Below, piece after piece: positions 18,713-29,337 of a DNA stretch of 64,000 nt. How positions within the stretch are numbered: position 1 is the first letter of the stretch; each line of letters starts with the position of its first letter. This DNA is from Fidelibacterota bacterium. Its GTDB lineage: Bacteria; Fidelibacterota; Fidelibacteria; Fidelibacterales; DSDE01. The position numbers and the translations under genes are program-made. The notes under the pieces are model-generated. The model ran no database searches. It was given only the letters and a program-made list of their open reading frames with translations, and was not told the origin of the DNA. The DNA is taken from contig JBJKQR010000078.1 of NCBI GenBank assembly GCA_046735395.1, forward strand, positions 19,726-83,725. The letters are read 5' to 3'.

Positions 18713-19152
18713 GAATCCGGCCTTCTTTTTTCTTTTGGAAATATAGGTAATTTTATTGCCGATTTGGTAGTACATCCTCTGCTTGGATTATGATTATTAT
18801 TTTTGATAAAAAGCTTTTCATTTGTGAGATAAATATTAGATCGGAAATATGGGTAAAATATTTAATAATTAAAGTATTAATGATAGTAATAATTAATATA
18901 TTAACAATTAATTATAATATAATATGATATTTGAATTGGTTTTGGAAATATTAAGCAAAATTCGCTAAAAAAAACTTTACTATCCATGTTTTTTTTATTA
19001 GCTTTCTTGCGGCAAGAAGGGGAATATGCCATAAAGAGATTAATGAGAAATATAAAAGTGTGTGAAGGCAACCCAACTATAGGTGCTCGGATAACCCTGT
19101 TTCTCTGATTGATCATTGCCAAATAGGAAATATTTTTATCTAGGAGGAGGAT

Positions 19153-22100
19153 ATGATAAAAAAGTTGTTAAAGTTGTTTTTCATTTTATACCTGCCGGTA
19201 ATTCTTTTTGCAGGTACAACTGGAAAAATTGCCGGTACGGTTACGAGCAAGGATACCGGTGAACCGCTGGCCGGTGTGAATGTGATTCTGAAGGGGACCG
19301 GACTTGGGTCGGCCACAGACCAGAATGGTCAGTACTACATTTTGAATACACCCCCCGGGTTGTATGAACTGGAAGCTTCGTATATCGGATATGCAACCTA
19401 TACTGTTTCCAATATATTTATTACGGTGGATATTACCACTACCATTGATGTTGAAATGGAGACGGAGGCGATTAAGGGACAGACTGTTACAGTTGTCGCT
19501 GAAAGGCCTCTGATTGAAAAGAAAGCGACCAATGAACGCCGAATCATTCGTCGGGAAGACATTGAAAATATTCCTGTCAGGGATACTCAGAGTATGATTG
19601 CCACCCAGACCGGCGCTGTTAAAGTCGGAAATCAGATGTACATCCGTGGTGGCCGCGCCGAGGAAGTTGCATACTATGTCGATGGCGTTTATCAGGTTAA
19701 TGATTTTAACCGTGCCAACCGTCCCGATGCAGCAGAAATTTCATCCCAGGCCATGGAGGAAGTCTCCTTCCAGGCAGGTGGTTTCGATGCTGAATACGGA
19801 TCTGCAAACTCCGGCCTCGTGGCCATGTCCACCAAGACCGGCGGCCGCAATTTTCAGATTTCCGGAGAAGTGGCAACCGATGATTTTCTGTCACGCGATA
19901 AAGCCATCCTGGGAACCTATTCCTACGGCAAGCAGATTGCCAACCTGGCTGTAAGCGGCCCTCTGGCACCGAATTTGAGCTTCTATGCCAATCTGGAAAA
20001 ACAGAATGACTATGATCATGCGCCGACATCGGCAAAGCATCCGGAAGCGACCTATATCGGTGACCCGGACAGCATGAATTATTCAACATATGAAGATTAT
20101 GTCGTGAAATCCGTCTATGGTCCTCAGATTAATAATGGGGAAGATAAGCTGCTGGGAACCGGCAACATCTTGTTTTCAAAGGAAAAACTGAGAATCAAGG
20201 TCGGCGGAAATTTCAACATTGACAATCTCCATGATTACAATTACGGGGGTCAGCCCTTTGCGCCTTATGATGTTCAGAATATCTATCTCTGGAAAAGCAT
20301 GACGACGGCGGCATATGGTAAGGTTACCATGGCCATCAATCCCAAGACCATGTTCAATGTACAGGTCTCTTATTTCCGCGATTATTATGAACGGGCCAAT
20401 CCCAATTACTGGGATGACTATCTGTATTACGGCACGAAGAATCTGCTCCTCAAAGATGCGAAGAAATTTGCGGCTATGAGTGACGCTGATTTCAATGCGA
20501 TGTTTCAGAATGAAGCTTCCACGATGCGGAAGATTCTGGCAGATACAGCAAGTTATGGCAGAGGTATTGTTACTAAGAACGATACGGCTTATGCAGCCTA
20601 TGTCCTTGCTCCTCAGCTGGCAAATAACGGTTCCGATCCCAGCGCAAAACAGGAATATGCCAACTTTCTGGCACCAGGGACAGTGAATGGTATTTTTCAG
20701 AAAAATGAGACAGCCTATATCGGTATTAACAGTGATCTGAAGGCACAGGTCGGCAATCATGAAATGAAGTTCGGTCTCGACATGCGTTACTATACCATCC
20801 GCTATTATGCCTTGGGTGCACCGGAAAGACTTTCCTCGTCATTATTTGGTAATCTGCCTGTTGCGCCGGCGGATTATACGGATACCACTGTTCCGTACAA
20901 TACTTATATTAACAATTACTGGGAGCAGGCTTATAAGTATGCCTATGCAGAGAATATGGGCTATGATATATATGGTAGAGCCGCCATTGACAAACCTCTG
21001 GGCGAGGATCGAAACAGTGCCCGTCGTCCCATCGTCGCAGGTCTTTATTTCCAGGACAAGGTTGAATTAAAAGACCTTATCATGAATCTCGGCCTTCGTT
21101 GGGATTACATCAATACGAATAATTACGTTTTCCGTGATCCCTATACGGTTATCACAGATAGTCTTGGCAATATTGCTGAAAATGTATACAAGAATGAAAA
21201 AGGCGAATATAAAAGCTATTCTCCTACCTATGAACTGGATGGCGAGACTCCTATTGATCTGGTCGGAAGGAAACAGCTGGTGAAGAGAGACGCGCTGAAT
21301 TATCTCTCTCCCCGCCTTGGCCTTGCTTTCCCGGTGACGGACCGAACAGCTTTTCATGCCCAGTACGGGAAATATGTACAGCAACCCCGTCTCAGTAATC
21401 TCTTCCTGAGTTATACACGTTTTTCAGCCAATCTGCAGCAGGGTAATTATACCGTTTCAGGTAACCCGCAGCTGGAACCAGTTCGGACTACCAGCTATGA
21501 AATGGGATTCAAACAACAGTTCGGAACGAGCATGAGTCTGGATGCAACCATTTTCTATAAGCAGATGACCGGTTATGTTCAGATCCGCAATCTTGACGGC
21601 GCCTTCCCGATCGTCTATGCAAATTACCAGAACGGAGACTATGGTACGGTCAAGGGTCTCAGTTTTTCCTTCAACATGAGACGAGTCGGATATGTCCGCG
21701 CCTTTGTGAACTATACTCTGCAGTATGCTAGCGGTACGGGTTCAAGCGGAACTTCCGTCAGTACGGTTGCATGGCAGGGCGGTAATTTCCCGACCTTCAC
21801 ATCTCCGCTGGATTTTGACCAGAGACATACCGGCTCCGTCAATCTTGATTTCAGAACGACAAAACGCGATCTGATCAAGAATGCCGGTGTCAACTTCCTC
21901 TTCTCCTTCGGCTCGGGCCGCCGCTATACGCCGATCAAGATGAAATCCTATTTATTCTCCAGTACAGGTGATGTTCCGACCGCCGGTATCAATTCCGGTG
22001 TCATGCCCTGGACCTACAATCTGGATATGAAGATGAACAAGAATATAGAATTCGGTCCTGTGAAGCTTAATGCCTATTTGCTGGTTAAGAATCTTCTGGG

Positions 22101-22299
22101 CCGTGTTAACGTTGTAAATGTTCACCCTCAGACAGGTATGGCTACAAATGATGGATGGCTGGAAACTCTGGAAGGGCTGAACTGGCTTGCCAATCCCGCC
22201 ACTCATAAGGATCTCTATATCCTGGCAGTACAGAACGTGGATTATTTTGACGCACCCAGAACTGTTCTGGCGGGTCTTGAATTTTTTATCGGTAAATAA
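19153..22299 (+). CDS. TonB-dependent receptor with N-terminal carboxypeptidase-regulatory-like domain
   Basis: Signal peptide; GTTGKIAGTV...GEPL.GVNV; plug IRGGR..E..YYVDG and GGFDAEYG; LSPRLG, NPQLEP and PRT..AGLEF barrel motifs; AGGAGG RBS. Confidence 0.93.
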   Translation: MIKKLLKLFFILYLPVILFAGTTGKIAGTVTSKDTGEPLAGVNVILKGTGLGSATDQNGQYYILNTPPGLYELEASYIGYATYTVSNIFITVDITTTIDVEMETEAIKGQTVTVVAERPLIEKKATNERRIIRREDIENIPVRDTQSMIATQTGAVKVGNQMYIRGGRAEEVAYYVDGVYQVNDFNRANRPDAAEISSQAMEEVSFQAGGFDAEYGSANSGLVAMSTKTGGRNFQISGEVATDDFLSRDKAILGTYSYGKQIANLAVSGPLAPNLSFYANLEKQNDYDHAPTSAKHPEATYIGDPDSMNYSTYEDYVVKSVYGPQINNGEDKLLGTGNILFSKEKLRIKVGGNFNIDNLHDYNYGGQPFAPYDVQNIYLWKSMTTAAYGKVTMAINPKTMFNVQVSYFRDYYERANPNYWDDYLYYGTKNLLLKDAKKFAAMSDADFNAMFQNEASTMRKILADTASYGRGIVTKNDTAYAAYVLAPQLANNGSDPSAKQEYANFLAPGTVNGIFQKNETAYIGINSDLKAQVGNHEMKFGLDMRYYTIRYYALGAPERLSSSLFGNLPVAPADYTDTTVPYNTYINNYWEQAYKYAYAENMGYDIYGRAAIDKPLGEDRNSARRPIVAGLYFQDKVELKDLIMNLGLRWDYINTNNYVFRDPYTVITDSLGNIAENVYKNEKGEYKSYSPTYELDGETPIDLVGRKQLVKRDALNYLSPRLGLAFPVTDRTAFHAQYGKYVQQPRLSNLFLSYTRFSANLQQGNYTVSGNPQLEPVRTTSYEMGFKQQFGTSMSLDATIFYKQMTGYVQIRNLDGAFPIVYANYQNGDYGTVKGLSFSFNMRRVGYVRAFVNYTLQYASGTGSSGTSVSTVAWQGGNFPTFTSPLDFDQRHTGSVNLDFRTTKRDLIKNAGVNFLFSFGSGRRYTPIKMKSYLFSSTGDVPTAGINSGVMPWTYNLDMKMNKNIEFGPVKLNAYLLVKNLLGRVNVVNVHPQTGMATNDGWLETLEGLNWLANPATHKDLYILAVQNVDYFDAPRTVLAGLEFFIGK

Positions 22300-22313
22300 A
22301 TAAAGGTTGTAAA

Positions 22314-25300
22314 ATGAAGAATAGAAAAAATCTACTGATACTTTTCTCATTAAGTTTATCGTTGCTCTTTACAACAACCGGTATTCTTTTTGGAAGAACG
22401 GATAGTGTATCGAGAGATAAAGTCGGGAAAACCTCGACACTTGAATTTATTCAATTCGATGTGAATGATATCCGGGCATGGGTAGGAAATAACGGACAGA
22501 TTGTCAGTAATATTCCTACAGGTGATGCCGGCTTGGAATGGAAAAAAGGGACAGGGCTGACGGCTGTATTCGCTTCCGGCTTATGGACCGCGGGGAAAGT
22601 AAATGGTGAAATTCGTTCCGCTGCATCTGAATTCACGAGTGAATTCAATCCGGGAAGCATCATTTATAATCCGTTGACGCCTACTGTTGCCGGTGTCCCG
22701 GATAACCCGAACGATACGCGGTTTCAGGTCTCCTCCATTAACAAGGGGGATTCATCAAATCCCGCTTCTCCCAATTTCAACCGTGAGTATGCCACCTGGC
22801 CCTCATCTGACGGAGCCCCGGCTCATGATGGAGAAATCTTCACGGATGTGAATAAGAATGGCGTGTATGATGATGGCGAGCCCTACGAGGACTTTAATCT
22901 GGATGGGGTTTTCAATTATCCGGATGGGAAATTGGTAACGGGTGAAGATCCGCCCCAGATGACCGGTGATCAGATGCACTGGTTTGTGATTAATGACGCG
23001 AATGTCAATACACACGGAAATCTGTGGAATACCCTGCCCCTTGGTATTGAAGTTCAGACTACACTCTTCGGATTTGACAGATCGGATCCTCTGGGTGATA
23101 TTATGTTCGTAAAATGGCTTATCATTAACAAGGGTGGTCACAAAATCGATGATATGCTTCTCTCCATCTGGGCTGATATTGATCTTGGTGATGCCAATGA
23201 TGATATGGTGGGATGTGATACGGCTCTGAGTGTGGGCTATTTTTATAATGGGTATGCGACGGATACGGATTATGGAAATACACCACCAGCTGTTGGCTAC
23301 GATTTCTTTCAGGGGCCGATCGTACCCTCTGTAGGATCTACCGCGCTCGTTTCCGGACAGAAATTTAACGATTACAGGAATCTGCCGATGACCTCCTTTG
23401 TTAAGTATATTAACAGCAACCCTACTTATCGTGATCCGGAAAACGCCGAGGAAGCATATAATTATATGTCCGGCTTAACTCTGGACGGCGAACCCTGGTA
23501 TGACCCTTCCGGTGCCGTTACGAAATTTCTCTATCCGGGTAACCCGGTTACGGGAACGGGCTGGACTGAATACGATGATGATACACCTCAGGATCATCGT
23601 TTTCTCATGAGTACCGGACCGATTAACATGAAAAGCTGGGAGGATACGGACAACGACGGTTTTCCGCAGGTGGGCGAACCGGGTGTACAGGAAATTGTGG
23701 CGGCCATTATTATTGCCCAGGGTACAAACAATCTGAACGCGATTGATGCCATGAAGTTTTTTGATCAGTATGCGCAGGCAGCCTATGACGCTCAATTTGT
23801 CGTGGCCAGCCCTCTGCAGCCTATTGTAAAGACCAGCGAACTTGACCGTGAGATCATTTTTTCATGGATGGAAAAAGCTGATGATGTGGAAAGTTATGAT
23901 GAACTGGGATATACGTTCCAGGGCTATAATGTTTATCAGGGCGAATCTGCAAACGGTCCCTGGACTCGGCTTGCTACCTATGATATTGTCGATGGAAATA
24001 CCTTGATCCTTGACAAGTCCTTTGACCCGTCTACAGCTCTGATTCTGGAAGGACCGGTTCAATATGGTACGGATTCCGGACTTGAGAGAATGATCGACCT
24101 GAAGTTGGATGCCTTACATGGAAATTCCCGTCTGATCAACGATCGTACATATTATTTTGCGGTTACATCCTATGCATTGAATAATGATGCTGCTCCTAAA
24201 ACGGTGGAATCGTCCAAAAAATACTACGAAGTGAAACCGCATCAGCGGGGAGTGGGAGAAGTTCTGAATTCATACAGTGGAGAGGATGTGGATTTTGGCC
24301 ATGTCGGTGAAGCAGAAATGAAATTCTCCATTAACGTTCTTGATCCACTGCAGTTAACAGGCGATACCTACAGACTGGGTTTTGAATTTGATTCCACTGC
24401 GATGGCCGGATCCTGGTACATGGGACGCCTCAGCCTTCCTGACAGTGTGATCAATGCGGGTGATACTCTGGTTGCATCTTCTGAATTGATGGATTACAAA
24501 TCGGATTTCATTGACGGCTTTCAATTCCAATTGACTGATGTCAGCTTTAAAGCTCCGAATCAGCATGATACGACTTACCAGGTATCAAATCCTATTCCTG
24601 ACAAGACCATTGTTGACCGTTTTGTAGCGGTTTCTCCCGGCGGTGTGGATTCTCTCCTTTATTATCCGGCTGCTCCGCACATTGCCAAGGTGGATACATT
24701 GTATGGTGGTACGAATTATTATGATAACTTCACCATTGTAGAGGAAGGATTCGACACCTATATCGATTTATCTAAACTCATCTCTCACAGCGTTCGAATT
24801 TCCGAATTCGGTGGTGGTGGATCCGGAACTGATCTTGCCCGCGGAGTTCTGCATAATGGTGGATGTCAGGATCCGCTGCTTCTGCAGAGTGATCTGGAAC
24901 TCTGGTTTACACAAAAAGGCCAGATGGCAAGTTTTGTTCGGAAAGGCTTGGATGCTGATACGATGATCTGGATTCCTTTCGAACTGTGGGATGTTGAACG
25001 GAATAAACAGCTTTGTGTCACTATTTACGATTTTAACCATGACGGTGAATTTGTTGATACAACGAATAATACCTTTGAATCCTCTGATTATATCATTTCC
25101 ATGCATAAGGACTATGATACATACAATGATTCACTCATGGGGCTTAAAAACAGCACTGATCACGGCTGGCTCTGGCAATTCGGTGGAGGTAGTAAATATT
25201 CCATTGGAGACACAGTATTAATGACCTTTATTAATCCTGTTCGTGCGGGAATAGATTTCTATACCTTCTCTCCTGAAGCTTTGGATACGGCTGTCAGTAT

Positions 25301-25649
25301 TGCCGATCAGAAAAAACAGCTGAATGCCATAAATGTCTTTCCAAATCCATATTTTGCCTTTAATGTGGAAGAGACACAGCCTGTGGAAAGATTTGTACGA
25401 TTCACACATCTTCCGGTCGGAGCCTGTACATTGCGTATCTTCACTCTGGGTGGGCAGCTTGTCAAGAAAATTGATCACGGAAGCACTCCCTTTGCAGGGA
25501 CTACGAATGATCAGTGGGATATGCTGAATGAAAGTTCTATCCCTGTCGCCAGCGGTATGTATATCGTCCATATCACTGTGCCGAATGTGGGAGAGAAAAT
25601 TCTGAAGCTTGCAGTCTTCCTGCCTGAAGAACGCTTGGATATTTACTAA
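22314..25649 (+). CDS. Large secreted protein of unknown function with T9SS-like C-terminal sorting domain
   Basis: Signal peptide; Ca-binding-like DVNKNGVYDDGEPYEDFNLDG; FN3-like segment (FQGYNVYQ...YYFAVTSY); CTD INVFPNPY...IFTLGGQLVK...WD...VASGMYI. Confidence 0.85.
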   Translation: MKNRKNLLILFSLSLSLLFTTTGILFGRTDSVSRDKVGKTSTLEFIQFDVNDIRAWVGNNGQIVSNIPTGDAGLEWKKGTGLTAVFASGLWTAGKVNGEIRSAASEFTSEFNPGSIIYNPLTPTVAGVPDNPNDTRFQVSSINKGDSSNPASPNFNREYATWPSSDGAPAHDGEIFTDVNKNGVYDDGEPYEDFNLDGVFNYPDGKLVTGEDPPQMTGDQMHWFVINDANVNTHGNLWNTLPLGIEVQTTLFGFDRSDPLGDIMFVKWLIINKGGHKIDDMLLSIWADIDLGDANDDMVGCDTALSVGYFYNGYATDTDYGNTPPAVGYDFFQGPIVPSVGSTALVSGQKFNDYRNLPMTSFVKYINSNPTYRDPENAEEAYNYMSGLTLDGEPWYDPSGAVTKFLYPGNPVTGTGWTEYDDDTPQDHRFLMSTGPINMKSWEDTDNDGFPQVGEPGVQEIVAAIIIAQGTNNLNAIDAMKFFDQYAQAAYDAQFVVASPLQPIVKTSELDREIIFSWMEKADDVESYDELGYTFQGYNVYQGESANGPWTRLATYDIVDGNTLILDKSFDPSTALILEGPVQYGTDSGLERMIDLKLDALHGNSRLINDRTYYFAVTSYALNNDAAPKTVESSKKYYEVKPHQRGVGEVLNSYSGEDVDFGHVGEAEMKFSINVLDPLQLTGDTYRLGFEFDSTAMAGSWYMGRLSLPDSVINAGDTLVASSELMDYKSDFIDGFQFQLTDVSFKAPNQHDTTYQVSNPIPDKTIVDRFVAVSPGGVDSLLYYPAAPHIAKVDTLYGGTNYYDNFTIVEEGFDTYIDLSKLISHSVRISEFGGGGSGTDLARGVLHNGGCQDPLLLQSDLELWFTQKGQMASFVRKGLDADTMIWIPFELWDVERNKQLCVTIYDFNHDGEFVDTTNNTFESSDYIISMHKDYDTYNDSLMGLKNSTDHGWLWQFGGGSKYSIGDTVLMTFINPVRAGIDFYTFSPEALDTAVSIADQKKQLNAINVFPNPYFAFNVEETQPVERFVRFTHLPVGACTLRIFTLGGQLVKKIDHGSTPFAGTTNDQWDMLNESSIPVASGMYIVHITVPNVGEKILKLAVFLPEERLDIY

Positions 25650-25664
25650 AAGAAAAGGTGTGAC

Positions 25665-26723
25665 ATGATGAACATGAAAACGATACATAACAGACTCCTT
25701 TCAATTTTTATAGTGGTTGCACTGCTTGCATCGGTAAGTTTTGCAGGAAGTTTCGAGCGTCAGGGAACAGCCGGAGCCCAGGAATTACTTATTCCTGTAG
25801 GCTCTGTGGGAACTGCGCTCGGCGGATCATTCAATGCCAGTATACACGGTATTGAAGCGGCCTATTGGAATCCTGCCGGGCTGGCAAAGATTGAAGGAAG
25901 CGGAGAAGCAATCTTTTCCCAGCTGAGCTATATTGCAGATATCAACGTGATGTATGCCGGTGTGGCTGCCAAGCTCGGCGCTCTCGGTGTAGGTGGTTTT
26001 ACTTTGAAAACGCTGAATTTCGGTGATATTCCCGTCACAACCGTTGAACAGACTGATGGAACCGGAGAGACCTACTCTCCCCGGTTCTTCACACTCGGGC
26101 TTCTGTATTCAAAATCACTTTCCGACCGGATCAGCGTTGGTACGAAATTGAATATCATCAATGAGACGGTTATGAATACATCTGCCTCAGGCGTGGCCTT
26201 TAACGCCGGTGTCCAGTACGAAATGTCACGGGTCAGCATCGGACTATCGATTCGGAACTTCGGACTGGATATGCTCTTCGATGGTCCCAACCTTGAAATG
26301 AACATGGTTCCTGCGGGAACCGAACCGGGGGCACGACAGGAACCGTTTAGGATTCACCTTTCTGCCTTTGATCTTCCCACTCTTATGGAAATGGGCGTTT
26401 CATCCAAGCTGATTGAATCAAAAGATATGCAGCTGGAAGTTGGGGCAACCTTTCTGAATGATAACTTCGCCTTCGATCAGTATAATTTCGGTGGCGAATT
26501 GCTGCTTTATAACATGGTTGCACTGAGAGCATCCTACTCACTGGCTCAGAATCCTGATACAGGTGCCTTCCTTTCAAATTCTGAAAACTATCTTTATGGT
26601 CTCGGATTTGGAGGTGGCCTTAAATTAAAATTTGGTGGTACAGATCTCTATCTTGATTATTCATCACGCATAACGGCACTCTTTGCGAATAATCAGTGGC
26701 TGACCATCAGAATCGGATTTTAA
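25665..26723 (+). CDS. PorV/PorQ-family outer-membrane beta-barrel
   Basis: GT.GAQELLIPVG...ALGG, AAYWNPAGLA, alternating beta strands and a C-terminal Phe (TIRIGF). Confidence 0.85.
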   Translation: MMNMKTIHNRLLSIFIVVALLASVSFAGSFERQGTAGAQELLIPVGSVGTALGGSFNASIHGIEAAYWNPAGLAKIEGSGEAIFSQLSYIADINVMYAGVAAKLGALGVGGFTLKTLNFGDIPVTTVEQTDGTGETYSPRFFTLGLLYSKSLSDRISVGTKLNIINETVMNTSASGVAFNAGVQYEMSRVSIGLSIRNFGLDMLFDGPNLEMNMVPAGTEPGARQEPFRIHLSAFDLPTLMEMGVSSKLIESKDMQLEVGATFLNDNFAFDQYNFGGELLLYNMVALRASYSLAQNPDTGAFLSNSENYLYGLGFGGGLKLKFGGTDLYLDYSSRITALFANNQWLTIRIGF

Positions 26724-26752
26724 AAAAACCTTAACAAAAAAGGAGAAAACGC

Positions 26753-29086
26753 ATGAAACACGTTAAGTTATTGACCATCGTCGCTTTGGTGCTGGTTTAT
26801 TCTCTGAGTGTGTTTGCTGCCGTTGACGCAGGAAGCGCCAATGCGAACAGTCTCGAGAATATCAAGCTCAAAACACCCCGGCCCTATGTAGCGGCAAAGC
26901 ATGATGTGAAGGCTACAAATACGAAAGGCACTGACATTGTTATGTCATGGCTTGCCGATTATAATCTGCCCATCGCTTCCAATTTCGGAGGATGGACTCA
27001 CGATTATTTCTTCGAATATTTTGTGCCTTCCGCTGATGGAACACTGAACAGCATTGATTTCAACTTCTCTGATCTGCCTGAAGCTACAGGTGGAAAATTG
27101 AACGTATGGATCTACAAAGCCAATTACGCCTGGCCTGAAATCAATACAGGTAATGCGGCAAATAACCAGTGTACTCTCGGATCTCTGGGATACTACAACA
27201 ACCCGACCGGTTATGAAGTTGCTCCGCCTTACGATGCAACAGATCCCGATGCCAATTGGGTAAAAGGTGCTATCAATTCAGCTCCCGGCGCATATCCCGA
27301 CAAAAAATACGATCCCATGGGTGAGCAGCTTTGGCCAACTTTCGGTGCTGGTGCACTGGATATGGTTCCTACTGCTGAAGATGATGGGGCAACAGTTCCC
27401 AATATTATTGTGAACTTTGATCTGAATGCTGCTGCTGGTGAATCCTTCAATTTCACCAGAGGAGATACCTTTGTTGTCGTCGCAAGAATCGTTGGATTTG
27501 AGAATGACGGTGACGGCGCTGACTATCGCGCTGGTTTCTGGAGTGGTTCCATCACCATGCCTAATGAAGTTGAACAGCCCTGTGCTAAGTTCTACAGCGA
27601 TATTTCCGGTTTCAATACGAACTGTAATCCCGCCGGTATCGGCTGGTATGTTCGTACCTACGTCTGGGATTGGAGACTCAATGCTACTCTTACCGGAGAC
27701 AGAGGTCCGGAATTTGTGAGCATGACATCACTTGCTACTACTCTGAGCACGGGTGCCCAGACTGTTAGTGTGAATGTTACCGATGACAATCCCGGTGGCG
27801 GTGCTGCAGGTGTTGCCGGTGTTGATCTGTTTTATTCAATTGATGGCGGAGACTATGTTTCTGTTGCCATGACCGGCTCCGGCGAAAACTTCAGCGGTGA
27901 AATTCCCGGACAGCAGCCAGGTACAGACATCACCTATTATGCCGTTGCTACGGATGTAGGCGGTCTTCCTACTACCAGTAGTGTGAATACATATTCCATT
28001 TTTGCCGCGACAGCCCCGATTCTGCTGGTTTATGATTATTCCACATTGTCCAGTGCTTATGCCTGGTATTATATGTATGCCACAGCAGACACTTTCCAGA
28101 ATAATTACGATATCTGGGACGGCGCATATGGCCCTGTTACGAATCAACTTCTCTGGAATTATGAGATGGTTATTCATATCATGGGCGACGGTCCCGACAA
28201 CCAGCCCGATAATATTGGTGAAGTGTACAAAACCTGGCTTTCAGGCGGTACTGCTGCAAATCCTCGTCGTCTCCTTATTTCCGGACAGGACTATGGATAT
28301 ATTTCAGGATTTGCTGATACGACCTTCGCTGCCGGTTCTTTCGAATACGATTATCTCGGTATCGAAACTCTCGGACCGCAGGATGTTAACTATGACGGAT
28401 CTGTCGCATCCTATCAGACTCCCTACGCAGTGAATGCCGTTACTGGAACTCTGACTGGTGATCTCATCGATTTCTGTGGTGACAGCCTCCAGATGTTCTA
28501 TAATCCTGCTTTCGAAATTGGAGCAAACAACTGGATCGACAATCTGACTCCCACGAGCAGCGCGACTGTATGTTTCACTGATCCGAATAACGGAGATGCA
28601 GCTTGCGGTGTTTACAATGGTACAGATGCCTGGAAGACAGCTTTCTGGGCTCTTGATTACCTGAGCCTTGATTACTATGATCCGGCTGATACCACCAGCA
28701 AATACTACTGGGCGCTGACAGATGTCTGTAACCCGATCGAAGCTACCCTTGAATGGTTCGGAGCTCCGACCATGGTTGTTACCGATGTGAAGTCCATTGA
28801 AAATGCTTCTGCCTACAGACTGAATGCAAACTATCCCAACCCCTTCAACCCCACCACAACTCTCAGCTTCAGCATTCCGTCTCATGAGCTGGTTAGCCTG
28901 ACCATCTACAATATGCTTGGACAGGAAATCACCACTCTGGTGAACAGCACTCTGGATGCCGGTGATCACAGCTATGTCTGGAATGGCCGTGACGCCGCCG
29001 GAAATATCGTTTCCTCCGGTGTATATTTCTATACCATGAAGGCTGGAAACTATACGTCCACCCAGAAAATGGTTTTCATGAAATAA
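26753..29086 (+). CDS. Secreted surface protein with T9SS type-A/FlgD-Ig CTD
   Basis: Signal peptide; Ig-like module (VDLFYSIDGG...GEIPGQ..GT.I.YY..ATD); CTD NYPNPFNPTT...IYNMLGQ...WNG...SSGVYFY...KMVFMK. Confidence 0.88.
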   Translation: MKHVKLLTIVALVLVYSLSVFAAVDAGSANANSLENIKLKTPRPYVAAKHDVKATNTKGTDIVMSWLADYNLPIASNFGGWTHDYFFEYFVPSADGTLNSIDFNFSDLPEATGGKLNVWIYKANYAWPEINTGNAANNQCTLGSLGYYNNPTGYEVAPPYDATDPDANWVKGAINSAPGAYPDKKYDPMGEQLWPTFGAGALDMVPTAEDDGATVPNIIVNFDLNAAAGESFNFTRGDTFVVVARIVGFENDGDGADYRAGFWSGSITMPNEVEQPCAKFYSDISGFNTNCNPAGIGWYVRTYVWDWRLNATLTGDRGPEFVSMTSLATTLSTGAQTVSVNVTDDNPGGGAAGVAGVDLFYSIDGGDYVSVAMTGSGENFSGEIPGQQPGTDITYYAVATDVGGLPTTSSVNTYSIFAATAPILLVYDYSTLSSAYAWYYMYATADTFQNNYDIWDGAYGPVTNQLLWNYEMVIHIMGDGPDNQPDNIGEVYKTWLSGGTAANPRRLLISGQDYGYISGFADTTFAAGSFEYDYLGIETLGPQDVNYDGSVASYQTPYAVNAVTGTLTGDLIDFCGDSLQMFYNPAFEIGANNWIDNLTPTSSATVCFTDPNNGDAACGVYNGTDAWKTAFWALDYLSLDYYDPADTTSKYYWALTDVCNPIEATLEWFGAPTMVVTDVKSIENASAYRLNANYPNPFNPTTTLSFSIPSHELVSLTIYNMLGQEITTLVNSTLDAGDHSYVWNGRDAAGNIVSSGVYFYTMKAGNYTSTQKMVFMK

Positions 29087-29105
29087 TCTTTCATATAAAT
29101 CATTT

Positions 29106-29139
29106 GAAAAAGGCCGGTTCTTCCGGCCTTTTTCTTTTT
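29106..29139 (+). terminator. Intrinsic terminator ending the TBDR operon
   Basis: GAAAAAGGCCGG-TTCTT-CCGGCCTTTTTC followed by a T-tract. Confidence 0.88.
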
Positions 29140-29337
29140 CGGTAATTTTTATTTTTCTTTCCTATTTTAAACTAAATACTGAATTATTAATTATACTGAA
29201 TAAAATGCTAAATAATTGAAACCTTGATGGATAATCTGTTATTTTAAATCACTGGTACTCTATTGATATTGAAAGTAAATTTACAGTGATATGAATTTAA
29301 TAGGAAAGATCCTTCTGACCAGTGTGAAATACCAGGT

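Noticed and set aside
19043..19108. 21-codon ORF (MRNIKVCEG...) in the TBDR leader
   Set aside because: No convincing RBS, attenuator structure or biased codon run.
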